A stretch of DNA of 50,664 nucleotides from positions 138,826-189,489 of the IMG/VR virus record IMGVR_UViG_3300025162_000019; one strand, given 5' to 3'. The notes beneath the pieces were generated by a model. It searched no databases, was not told where the DNA came from, and saw only the letters and a list, made by a program, of their open reading frames with translations. This DNA is from a virus (Duplodnaviria > Heunggongvirae > Uroviricota > Caudoviricetes). Made by a program: the position numbers and the translations under genes. Positions 27,493 through 36,437 of the stretch are shown here, one piece after another (position 1 is the first letter of the stretch; each line of letters begins with the position of its first letter).

Positions 27493-29979
27493 TTAAACTC
27501 TATTATTAATCCCTATCATTTGTCCGCCACCTAATTTATTATCAGACTTAGGTATATTATCTTGTGGTTTTGATACTTTTGTAGTATTAGAAGCAACTTG
27601 TGAATAAGCGTTTGTTTTTACCAATGGTGTTGCCACCTTTGCCATAGCTTTATTTTTATCATCTTTCTTTTGTTGTTCTGTTTTTGTTACATCACCTTCA
27701 GCAGAATAAACTCTCGAAGCCCCACTGCCGCCAGATTTCCCACCTTCACCAATAGCCGATACTGAAGCTGACGTTCCCTGACCTTTTGAAATTTCTTGAA
27801 CATCTTTATTTTGAGAATACAATTCAGCTTTAGTTAAATCATCTTTACCTTTACCACTACTTAATGATAATGAACCATTTACAGTTTTTTGCATTATAGC
27901 ATTTTGTGTTTCCAAATCTGCTGAATTTACATCAACACCTAATTTTTTAGCAGCTCTTTTTCTTCCTTCCGCCAAAAACCAAGCAACAACTTTTGCAGCA
28001 ACAACAGGATCATCATTAACTAAATCTGGATTATCTATTAAAGCATTACCCATACCAATAGCTTTACTAGCTTTAGCATAATTAGCTTTACCAGTTAATT
28101 GTATATATCCACGACCTCTATATTTATAAGCATCCCCTTCAGTTGTATTACCTAGTTCTTTACCTTTAGATGAGCCTGTACCATATAAAAGTTCAGCAAG
28201 TTGTCTAGGGTCTTTTCTAATAGAATCCAATTGAGCATCCGAATAACCACTAAGTTTTGTACCAAAAGTTTTCCTTAATCCTTGAACTGAATAATTAAGA
28301 TTTTCTTCTTGCCTTTTCCCTTTAGATTCTTTCATTACCTGGCCAAGACTTGCAGCAACAGCTTCATCATTTAAACCCTGAGCTTTTAATTCTTTTGCTA
28401 TCTGAGATAAATTTTGTTTTGTATTCTGCCCACTTAAACCTACAGCAGTTCCGGCAGCCATACCACCTCTAAAAATTGCAGTACCTGTACTTATCACAGC
28501 ATTACCAACATTTTTTCCAACATTTTCTCCAACAGTTCCTTTAGTAGATTGTGTAACAAATTTACCAAACCGATCTAACGATGATGATGCTTTAACAGCA
28601 GACCACTTAAAAATTTTAGAGATAACATCTAAAATACTAAAATTTCTTAATTCCTCTAAAAATCCTTCCCATGCATTACTTAAACCCGTTTTTATTATAC
28701 CTATTGGATCACTTATTAAATTAGAAAAAAATGTTGATATAGTTGTAAAAACATTCTTAATCTGTTTACCTGTTTCTACTAACCAATCAATAGCTTTTGT
28801 AACCGGCTTAAAAAAATCTGTCATTGATTTCCAACAATCCGACATAATTTTTAATGTTTCACTAATTATATTATGTGTACCAAGCCATTGTTTAAGTTTA
28901 GAATTATCCCATATTGAAATCATGTTTTTAAACAACATAAATACAGCAACACCACCACCAATAACTAAAAGTGGTATTATCATTTTTTTCATATATCCTA
29001 AAATAAAAACATTCACACCCTTAAAAAATCCTAACATATTAGACCAAAATTGTTTTTTAAATACATTTCCAATTCTTGCTTTCCATAATATACCAACTGC
29101 TAAAGAATCCTTTATAACTGTTCCAACCATACCAGCAGCTTTTACAGCAGATTCATATGCTTTAACTTTTAAATTTTTCTTTTTTTCTTTTGGACTTTCT
29201 TCCTGTTCATCTACATCCGATCCTTCTCTATTATTCTCTTTTTTAATAACTGAAACTATCTTTTTTACTACAGATTTTCTTCCTTTTATCGGCTCAGCAG
29301 TTTCTTTATCTCTATCATCAAGATTATCATCCACATCTTGCTCATCTTTTGAAAATAAATACTTTATACCTCTACTAACTTTTTTTAAAATAGAAGCGCT
29401 AGTTATTATATAATCCCATAAAGGGCCCATAAGAAATTCTAATTTTTCCATAAAATAATTCCCAATTTCTTTAAAGCCATTTGCAAAAAAATCGCCCATA
29501 GAAGTTGACGCAGTTTTCCAACCATCTTTAAAAAATACAAATGTTTTACTAATTGCACGAGTTAAAAAATTACTCTTTGTATGCTTCCATATTTTGGATA
29601 AAGCATTTTTTATAGACTCTGATACCTTTTTGGTATTTGTTAATTTTAACCCTTTAAATGGTGAACCGATGATATTAAAAAGTCTTTTAATTCCGTCTCC
29701 AAAATCAGTAAAAGATGTTTTAAATATATCTAATACATTTGTAAATATTGAAGATATTTCAGGACTTTGTTTAGGAAAAGCTTTACCTAAAATATTTCTA
29801 CGACTATCAATTTTTAAATCAATACCTTTAGCAGTATTCTTTATACCTTCATCAATATTTTCTAATTGTTCTGTTACTATACTATAATTTTCAGCAACAG
29901 AGCCGATATGACCTTGTTTAATCTTCTTAGTATGTGAAGCTCTTATTAACTTTTGAAATTTCTGTTCTTTTGTACTCAT
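27493..29979 (-). CDS. tape-measure-like protein with GH19-like (chitinase/lysozyme) domain
   Basis: LGQVMKES...ENLNYS...LGNTTEGDAYKYRGRGYIQLTGKANY...NPDLV at about 27960-28395. Confidence 0.75.
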   Translation of the reverse strand: MSTKEQKFQKLIRASHTKKIKQGHIGSVAENYSIVTEQLENIDEGIKNTAKGIDLKIDSRRNILGKAFPKQSPEISSIFTNVLDIFKTSFTDFGDGIKRLFNIIGSPFKGLKLTNTKKVSESIKNALSKIWKHTKSNFLTRAISKTFVFFKDGWKTASTSMGDFFANGFKEIGNYFMEKLEFLMGPLWDYIITSASILKKVSRGIKYLFSKDEQDVDDNLDDRDKETAEPIKGRKSVVKKIVSVIKKENNREGSDVDEQEESPKEKKKNLKVKAYESAVKAAGMVGTVIKDSLAVGILWKARIGNVFKKQFWSNMLGFFKGVNVFILGYMKKMIIPLLVIGGGVAVFMLFKNMISIWDNSKLKQWLGTHNIISETLKIMSDCWKSMTDFFKPVTKAIDWLVETGKQIKNVFTTISTFFSNLISDPIGIIKTGLSNAWEGFLEELRNFSILDVISKIFKWSAVKASSSLDRFGKFVTQSTKGTVGENVGKNVGNAVISTGTAIFRGGMAAGTAVGLSGQNTKQNLSQIAKELKAQGLNDEAVAASLGQVMKESKGKRQEENLNYSVQGLRKTFGTKLSGYSDAQLDSIRKDPRQLAELLYGTGSSKGKELGNTTEGDAYKYRGRGYIQLTGKANYAKASKAIGMGNALIDNPDLVNDDPVVAAKVVAWFLAEGRKRAAKKLGVDVNSADLETQNAIMQKTVNGSLSLSSGKGKDDLTKAELYSQNKDVQEISKGQGTSASVSAIGEGGKSGGSGASRVYSAEGDVTKTEQQKKDDKNKAMAKVATPLVKTNAYSQVASNTTKVSKPQDNIPKSDNKLGGGQMIGINNRV

Positions 29980-29989
29980 TTTTCCTTAA

Positions 29990-30027
29990 AATAAGGGTCT
30001 AAAAGACTTGCTCTTTAGACCCTTATT
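29990..30027 (-). terminator. intrinsic terminator-like hairpin just upstream of the SD of 27493..29979
   Basis: AAUAAGGGUCUAAAG / UUUUAGACCCUUAUU, about 15-bp stem ending in a short U-run. Confidence 0.65.
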
Positions 30028-30058
30028 AGTCCTTTAGATTTTTTTATCTAAGTGAGCC

Positions 30059-30187
30059 TTATTTTTCTAATAGTTGTTCCTTCTTTCTATTAATATCTTT
30101 AATAATTAAATTAATATAAGCCTCTCTTTCAAAAATCGGTAACATATTACTTTCGGTCAAACTTATGTTAGCTCTACTAGATAACAT
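30059..30187 (-). CDS. gp51-like small hub-assembly protein (42 aa from ATG 30187, or C-terminus of a gp26 -1 frameshift fusion); not in the ORF track
   Basis: ISLTESNMLPIFEREAYINLIIKD resembles T4-like YSLTE.ENM.PWER..Y..LL; GAGGA SD 7 nt before ATG; frame stays open back to 30253. Confidence 0.75.
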   Translation of the reverse strand: MLSSRANISLTESNMLPIFEREAYINLIIKDINRKKEQLLEK

Positions 30188-30240
30188 ATATTGTTCCTCA
30201 GTTAGCGAATATATACTATCGCCAGAACATACAAGATGGT

Positions 30241-31059
30241 TTAGAAGAAAAAATCTTCTAAAGGTATCTCCCTCTTAGCTTCAATACCACAATGAGGACA
30301 TTTTTGTTTAAATGAAAACTCCAAACCAAAATCATTATCATTAAACCAAGTAGTAATTTTTTCTTGATCCATTTGACGAATATTATTCAATAAAAATAAC
30401 GCATCATCAAAATTATTATTAACATCGCCATCAGGAGTTATTATAGATTTTACACTCAATGCCTGGACATATGTAATCATTTCAACATTCTTCTGTGTTT
30501 CGGTTAAATCCTTATTATCATTGAACAAACTGAATACTTTTTGCTGCATACCTCTTGTTGGAAATGTAAGTTCAAGTTTTAATTTATTTTCTAATTCTAT
30601 AACGGGATTTAAATATACAATTTCACTATCTGTTTTAATGTTATTTTTAACCCTTTTAACAGTTATAACACTTGGTTTATCATCATCAACAAAGATAGGT
30701 TTTAATTTATTCACTATCAAATTATTCAAGGTTATATTTATCATTGTTTGAGAATCACATGATCCGCACTTAGCTTGAAATGAATAAACATTTCCTTTAG
30801 AGCATTTTCTTATTTCAACTAAAAGAAAAAATCTATCCTGTAAATATAAATCATTAATATCAAAATCTTCTGACACAACACACTCTGTAATCAATTGATC
30901 TAATGCTAGTTCAATTTTACCAGCATCTTCGACATCCTGATACAACAACATATTTTTTAACTGACCTGTTGTTATAGGTTTGAATTTAATTGTTTTACCT
31001 GATCCCGGCAATACAGTATCAAACACAAAAGTATTTAAATAATTTTTAAAATCTGACAT
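30241..31059 (-). CDS. gp26: gp26-like baseplate hub assembly / tail chaperone protein
   Basis: LPGSGKTIKFKPITTGQLK, DRFFLLVEIRKCSKG, CGSC and CPHC, ends LEDFFF. Confidence 0.85.
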   Translation of the reverse strand: MSDFKNYLNTFVFDTVLPGSGKTIKFKPITTGQLKNMLLYQDVEDAGKIELALDQLITECVVSEDFDINDLYLQDRFFLLVEIRKCSKGNVYSFQAKCGSCDSQTMINITLNNLIVNKLKPIFVDDDKPSVITVKRVKNNIKTDSEIVYLNPVIELENKLKLELTFPTRGMQQKVFSLFNDNKDLTETQKNVEMITYVQALSVKSIITPDGDVNNNFDDALFLLNNIRQMDQEKITTWFNDNDFGLEFSFKQKCPHCGIEAKREIPLEDFFF

Positions 31060-31079
31060 ATTTACACATCCTCCAATTT

Positions 31080-31805
31080 TTATAATCCACCGGCTATACC
31101 TATACCAGCTTTACGAATTGTTTCTCTAACAGCACCTTGAGGTTGATCATATACATTAAAAAATTGATATGAAAAGGTTACATCGACTGTTGATACCTCA
31201 TTACTTCCATAATCTAATGAAACTTGCCCTATTGATTTTGGCCATGCATAATACAATTTATATACTGAAATAGTATTTCCTGTACTATTTAATAGATATG
31301 CTTCTTGATTTACCATAAGTGAACTAGGTTTTGATTGCATATTTGATATAGGATCACGCATCATTTTCTGCCAATCATGAAACTTTTTAAGTATATAACC
31401 CTCAGAATCCAAATTAAATGTAACAGTCCAATCTTCATATGTTTTATTTCCTGGCACTTTAAATGTATTTCCCATCCAAGTTGAAGTCATATCTTCAAAT
31501 GATGAAGATGGTAAACTAGATGATTTTACATAGAATGGTATATCAGCCATTGACATTTTTTTAGACATTGTACCTATTTGCATACCAGCAACATCTACTC
31601 CTGCTAATGCGCCCGCTTCAGCCCCTTTTATAATAGCATCTGTTGGATTTGTAAAAATACTTCCGCCGCCAGATAATCCAGCCTCTAAACCTGTTAATAA
31701 TGCATTACCAACGCCTGGAAATTGAATATTCATCCAAAACAAATATTGTCTTGAAACATCAGTAAATTTACTCTTATAAGTATTAATATCTATTTGTATA
31801 TTCAT
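31080..31805 (-). CDS. gp19-like tail tube paralog
   Basis: VKSSSLP, PGNKTYEDWTVTFNLD, WPKSIGQVSLDY, VDVTFSY. Confidence 0.85.
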   Translation of the reverse strand: MNIQIDINTYKSKFTDVSRQYLFWMNIQFPGVGNALLTGLEAGLSGGGSIFTNPTDAIIKGAEAGALAGVDVAGMQIGTMSKKMSMADIPFYVKSSSLPSSSFEDMTSTWMGNTFKVPGNKTYEDWTVTFNLDSEGYILKKFHDWQKMMRDPISNMQSKPSSLMVNQEAYLLNSTGNTISVYKLYYAWPKSIGQVSLDYGSNEVSTVDVTFSYQFFNVYDQPQGAVRETIRKAGIGIAGGL

Positions 31806-32458
31806 TATATCAATCCTGTAATTTTTCCGACTACACTTTTAATAATTTGATCTTTAAATGACTTTGTTATGCTACTAGTCTTTATAGGTTCAAAATAAGA
31901 ATAACTAAATGTAATTTGAACTGTTGCATGCTCATTTGAAGAATAATCTAAAGCAACTTCACCAATTGATTTAGGCCATGCATTAATTAATGTATAGCCA
32001 ACTACTGTATTACCTCGACCATCCAGCAAAAAGATTTGCTGATCCTCTACAATATCAGAAAATGTATTTCTATTAAACTCGCCATCTTGAATTAAATTAT
32101 TCCATTCATAAAATTTAGTTAATATTTCAGCATCCCCATCAATATTAAATGTTACAACCCAATCACTATATGTTTTAAATCCTGGCATTTTAAGAGTTAT
32201 AAACTGTATTTCATGCGATCTTTCTTCAAATTCTACTGCTGGTATATTAGCAGACTTAACCAAATATGGATATTTATCTCTTGCAGAACCAAATCCAAAT
32301 GGTGTAAGTGCTGAACTTACAGATTTTATTATACCTGTTAAAGCTGAATCACTAGAAGAAATCTCTGACGGAAAACTAAATAAACAATAAAATAAATTAG
32401 CTTTTTGAGCTTCTACAAATCTAGTTTTATATGTTTCTATATCTAACTGTACATTCAT
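31805..32458 (-). CDS. gp19-like tail tube paralog
   Basis: VKSANIP, PGFKTYSDWVVTFNID, AWPKSIGEVALDY, QITFSY. Confidence 0.85.
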   Translation of the reverse strand: MNVQLDIETYKTRFVEAQKANLFYCLFSFPSEISSSDSALTGIIKSVSSALTPFGFGSARDKYPYLVKSANIPAVEFEERSHEIQFITLKMPGFKTYSDWVVTFNIDGDAEILTKFYEWNNLIQDGEFNRNTFSDIVEDQQIFLLDGRGNTVVGYTLINAWPKSIGEVALDYSSNEHATVQITFSYSYFEPIKTSSITKSFKDQIIKSVVGKITGLI

Positions 32459-32475
32459 TTTTTCTCCAAAATAAA

Positions 32476-32519
32476 AAAGTCCAAAAGGTATATTTTTTTA
32501 ATATACCCTTTAGACTTTA
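32476..32519 (-). terminator. intrinsic terminator-like hairpin downstream of the major tube gene
   Basis: AAAGUCUAAAAGG-G-UAUAU / AUAUA-CCUUUUGGACUUU followed by a U-run; U-G wobble favours the minus strand. Confidence 0.7.
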
Positions 32520-32597
32520 AATCCGTTGAGTTAAGTATCTCAAGTGGGTAACAACATATATTTATGTTATTCTATGTAAACTGTCAATCTCTATTTA

Positions 32598-33131
32598 TTA
32601 AAATGTAACTCCTATCTCATATGAAGTCTTATCAATAACATGATAAATATATGAAAATGTAACCTGAACCTGTGCAACTTCACTTGCTGAATAATCTAAA
32701 TCAATAGTGCCAATAGACTTAGGCCATGCGCCAACTAATTTATATTTTATAGTTGTATTACCTTCATGGTCAAGTAGTTCTAATACCTGATCTGCCATAT
32801 AAGTGCTTGGTTTATTAGCCTTATTACTTGTTGGATCATGAATTAATCTAGCCCAATCATGAAGCGATTTAATAACATCAGATTCAGCATCAACATTAAA
32901 TGTAACTGTAAAATCAGAATAAGTATATTTTCCAGCAAACTTGAAATCAAATCCTTGCCAATTTGTTGTTATTTCTTCGGTAGTAGTTTCAGGTAAAGTA
33001 GTTGTTCTTACAAGATAAGTAAGTTTATCAACATTTGTAGTAATAGGAAAATTAGGCTTATAATAAAACAAATATTGTTTTGCTCCACCTTGAAATGACG
33101 CTCTATATGAATCTATGTTAAAATTAGGCAT
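32598..33131 (-). CDS. gp19: gp19 major tail tube protein
   Basis: 177 aa, first tube gene after the sheath; LVRTTTLP, AGKYTYSDFTVTFN, GAWPKSIGTIDLDY. Confidence 0.88.
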   Translation of the reverse strand: MPNFNIDSYRASFQGGAKQYLFYYKPNFPITTNVDKLTYLVRTTTLPETTTEEITTNWQGFDFKFAGKYTYSDFTVTFNVDAESDVIKSLHDWARLIHDPTSNKANKPSTYMADQVLELLDHEGNTTIKYKLVGAWPKSIGTIDLDYSASEVAQVQVTFSYIYHVIDKTSYEIGVTF

Positions 33132-34008
33132 TCTTTATACCCTCCAAAATAAAATTGTCTATCTTATTAAAAATATTATATCTATCATTTATTAACTCTT
33201 GCTCTTTAATAACAAGTATATTTATACCTTTCTTAAAACATTGTTTCTTTTTCATTTCATCATGCCATTTTACTTTATCGTTATTATGCCAGTATTCACC
33301 ATTATATTCTATAGCTTTTTTCATTTCAGGTAGCCAAATATCAAGTTCTAAATTTTTACCTGTCCAGTAATTTTTAACTTGCATTCTATCATTTTCTAAA
33401 ATAATACCTGAATATATTGTTTTAACGTATTCAACTATTTTCTTTTCTGGCTTAGAACCACCACTTATATTTTTACACAATGGGCATCTTTGACCCTGTT
33501 GAAAATCATTATATCTCATTAAAAATTGGTGCCCTTTAATACATTGTAATCTTAATTTAGATTTATTAGCTATGTATTCATTAGATAATAATTTATAATC
33601 AAAACTTTCTATGTACTCTTTAATTTCATTTAATATTTTCTTAGGCGTACCAAAACATTCAGGGCACCTTTGACCCGTATAAAAATTACCATATCTCATT
33701 TTAAATAAATGACCTTCAGGGCATTGTAATTTTAATTTAGAAAGAGCATTAATATATTCAGTAGATAATAATTTATAGTCAAAACTTTCAATATATTCTT
33801 TAACCTTTTCTATTGTAAGTTTTTTATTGCCAGCACATTCTGGGCATCTATGACCTTGTTGAAAATCACCATATTTTATATTAAATATATGATTTTCAGA
33901 ACACTGCAATTTTAATTTAGCCCTGCTATCTATATAAACACTATTTAATAACTTATACCCATTATCTTCAACATATTTTTTTACATCGACATAATCCAAC
34001 TTTTTCAT
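33124..34008 (-). mobile_element. free-standing putative homing endonuclease: 3 x C-x3-H-x14-C-x2-C modules plus PD-(D/E)XK/DUF559-like nuclease
   Basis: Repeats YKLLS-EY-N--SKLKLQCPEGH-F---Y--F--GQRCPEC; C-terminal LELDIWLPEMKKAIEYNGEYWH; inserted between gp18 and gp19. Confidence 0.8.
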
Positions 34009-34034
34009 AAAACTTCCTTTATTCTTAATACCAT

Positions 34035-34063
34035 ATTATATAGTTTATCAACATAAATGTAAA
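34035..34063 (-). promoter_or_regulatory. sigma70-type promoter for the endonuclease, embedded in a 15-bp inverted repeat
   Basis: TTTACA, 17 bp, TATAAT; atattatatagttta (34033-47) is the reverse complement of taaactatataatat (34060-74). Confidence 0.6.
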
Positions 34064-34089
34064 CTATATAATATTGGTATAATGTCTAA

Positions 34090-35844
34090 TTACACTGCTG
34101 CTAACTCAGAGAACGATGCCCCTGTTTTAGTTGCAATAAAGTTAAGAACAATAAATTCTGCGGCCCTTGTTGGCTTAATATATATGTCGCACCACAGCTC
34201 ATTTCTATCAATTCTTTCAGGTGTATTATTTGTTGCATCGCAAACAATCATGTAATCATACACACCTCTACGACTTCTAACATCTCTCAAAAACGGATCA
34301 ATCATGTTAATCAATTGCAATCTTGTTAAATCATCATTAGGTTCAAACAAGAAATACTTTGCTGCTGTACTAATTGCCTTTTCAAGAATAATGAATAGTC
34401 TACGAACATTAATTCTATTAAATGCTGATTCCTTCTGTAACAATGTTTTCTGTCCCCAAATAACTTTACCCTGACCAGAAAAACTTACAATAGGATTCAA
34501 GCCATTCTTATAAAGAAGGTCACGATCACCCAATGTAGGATTCCATGCTAATCTTCTAATATTTGTAATAAGTGCTCTATTCAAACCAGCTGGCGCAAAC
34601 CAAGGATCAGAAACATTATCTGTATTAGCTACAATTCCAGCTACATGACCAGATGCTGGGCACCAACGATATTTACCATTCCATTTATCATATACCTCAA
34701 TCCAGTTAGAATAAATAGATGCGTAACTTGTATTTTCATTTAATGTACCGTTTCTATATTCCATTAAATCAACTGTTTCATTTCCTTTATTAAATACGAC
34801 ATCGCCATACATACAATCAAGAATTGCAATACAATCCTTTCTTGCTTCGCATATAGTTATCAACTCTTGCTTTACGCCTGTTGATTTATCAGAATCAATG
34901 AAAATATTAACATCAATCTCTTCTGGATTTGCATAAAGATCAAAACCTGCAATAATTATAGGATCGGTAATTTCAGTCCCTAATGAAGTTATAGTTCCAC
35001 CATCAGAATCAATACCACCACCAAACTGTTGCCATGCTGATGTTGAAATAGTGATTGTTGCATTAGAAATCAATTCATTTCCTGATATTCTAATATAATT
35101 TGATTGCGCATTTATTACTGTTTCAACAAATTTCTTTCTACCCTGATCATCAACACGATTCTCATCTGTTGAAACATTCCATACTTCCTTTGTTTCCCAT
35201 TCAGCAGATGATGCTGATGTATTTACAGCATTTTGGGGAAGAACTTGAACAATAATAAGAAAATCCTTATTATCTGTTAGTTGGCTATCTATTCCTCTAA
35301 TAACGCTAAATGTTTCCCAAGATGCATTTGTAGATGTTCTTGCAATAGTATTATAAGTTGCATAATCTACTACTGCTACTCTAATATTATTTCCCCATGA
35401 ACCCCTAGATGAAGCAATAAGCCAGAAAGGATCGGAACCAGTAACAGTCTCTGACCCAAATTCATCAGGATCATCGCCATCCATATCCATTAATATAAAT
35501 GCCGAACCAGATGCGTATGCTGTAAATGTTGTTGCCGCACCACTAGCAGCCTTTGTACCAGCAAAAGTTGCTGATGTTGGCATTGTTCTTGTACAATAAA
35601 GTGCAGAACCATATTTTAAATAACCAGAAGCTGATAAAATATCCTCATAACATCCTGAATATGATGTTGGTCGCCCAAATGTATCAATGAGTTCATTTAC
35701 ATTTGTTATAAGTGTTGTTTTATTCTCCGGGCCTTTATATGTTCCTCTTAAAACAGTTGCTGCTATTGAAGTCGCAACAGCTGGAATTGTTGTTGTAAGA
35801 TCAATCTCATTAACATCTACAACAGGACTTAGATAAAATGCCAT
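34090..35844 (-). CDS. gp18: gp18 tail sheath protein
   Basis: LSPVVDVNEIDLT, PWFAPAG, LYKNGLNPI, WGQKT, RINVRRLF, YLFEPND, IKPTRAAEFI. Confidence 0.97.
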   Translation of the reverse strand: MAFYLSPVVDVNEIDLTTTIPAVATSIAATVLRGTYKGPENKTTLITNVNELIDTFGRPTSYSGCYEDILSASGYLKYGSALYCTRTMPTSATFAGTKAASGAATTFTAYASGSAFILMDMDGDDPDEFGSETVTGSDPFWLIASSRGSWGNNIRVAVVDYATYNTIARTSTNASWETFSVIRGIDSQLTDNKDFLIIVQVLPQNAVNTSASSAEWETKEVWNVSTDENRVDDQGRKKFVETVINAQSNYIRISGNELISNATITISTSAWQQFGGGIDSDGGTITSLGTEITDPIIIAGFDLYANPEEIDVNIFIDSDKSTGVKQELITICEARKDCIAILDCMYGDVVFNKGNETVDLMEYRNGTLNENTSYASIYSNWIEVYDKWNGKYRWCPASGHVAGIVANTDNVSDPWFAPAGLNRALITNIRRLAWNPTLGDRDLLYKNGLNPIVSFSGQGKVIWGQKTLLQKESAFNRINVRRLFIILEKAISTAAKYFLFEPNDDLTRLQLINMIDPFLRDVRSRRGVYDYMIVCDATNNTPERIDRNELWCDIYIKPTRAAEFIVLNFIATKTGASFSELAAV

Positions 35845-35878
35845 TTGTTATATCCTCCTACCAAATAAGGTTTGTATA

Positions 35879-35926
35879 TATTTATAAAACTTTTGTATTT
35901 CACATTATTATTTATATTTATTTATG
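35879..35926 (-). promoter_or_regulatory. stacked late promoters upstream of gp18 (TATAAATA at 35879-86 and 35909-16; CATAAATA at 35919-26)
   Basis: Three consensus or near-consensus copies in a 95-bp intergenic gap before the high-copy sheath gene. Confidence 0.6.
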
Positions 35927-35939
35927 AAAAACATCTTTT

Positions 35940-36437
35940 TTATACAACTTCATATCTATCATAGGAAAATGTTACATCACCTTCTAACTGAGCTTCACCT
36001 TCCCTGTTAGATAATGTTATTTCTCCTAAAGATATTGGCCATATATTCTTAAACATAACCTTTTGTATAGTTTCGTGATAATTATTTGTTATAAGTAAAG
36101 AGGCATCAACCATATACTCATTTACTGGTCTTGTTGGCTTAATAGAATTATCAGTTATATACATTAACCAATCAAATAACAGTTTCCAGTTCTTTAGCTC
36201 TGAGTCCACAATATAATTTATAGTCCATTCACTAAAAGTAATACCGCCTACATGGAAATGCATCTTTTTTCCTTGCCAATCAGAATCAGTTGGCTCCAAT
36301 GCTACAGAAGGAATAATAGTACCATGAACATTCAATATAAATTCTTTATTTTCTCCTATAATTAATTTATGAGGTAATAAAGGAAATATCAATTCATAAT
36401 TACAAGCTGTACCTTTATTTAGATTTATATTATTCAT
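35940..36437 (-). CDS. gp3: gp3-like tail completion / tube terminator protein
   Basis: Tube-fold motifs (VHGTIIPSV, FSEWTINYIVDSELKNWKLLFDW, IWPISLGEI); follows gp15. Confidence 0.75.
   Translation of the reverse strand: MNNINLNKGTACNYELIFPLLPHKLIIGENKEFILNVHGTIIPSVALEPTDSDWQGKKMHFHVGGITFSEWTINYIVDSELKNWKLLFDWLMYITDNSIKPTRPVNEYMVDASLLITNNYHETIQKVMFKNIWPISLGEITLSNREGEAQLEGDVTFSYDRYEVV

Noticed and set aside
28119-28126. TATAAATA inside the GH19 coding region
   Set aside because: Encodes Tyr-Lys-Tyr; shows that the late-promoter 8-mer occurs by chance, so only intergenic copies were called
30191-30200. 10-nt complementarity between the Y-like RNA 3' tail (AUUGUUCCUC) and the SD of the gp51-like ORF (GAGGAACAAU)
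   Set aside because: Too short to exceed chance in 50 kb, and partly explained by SD composition; kept only as speculation
32527-32543. TGAGATACTTAACTCAA resembles the core of Y-like unit 2 (14/17)
   Set aside because: Lacks the conserved GGUG and UUGUUCC flanks in the right order; probably coincidence
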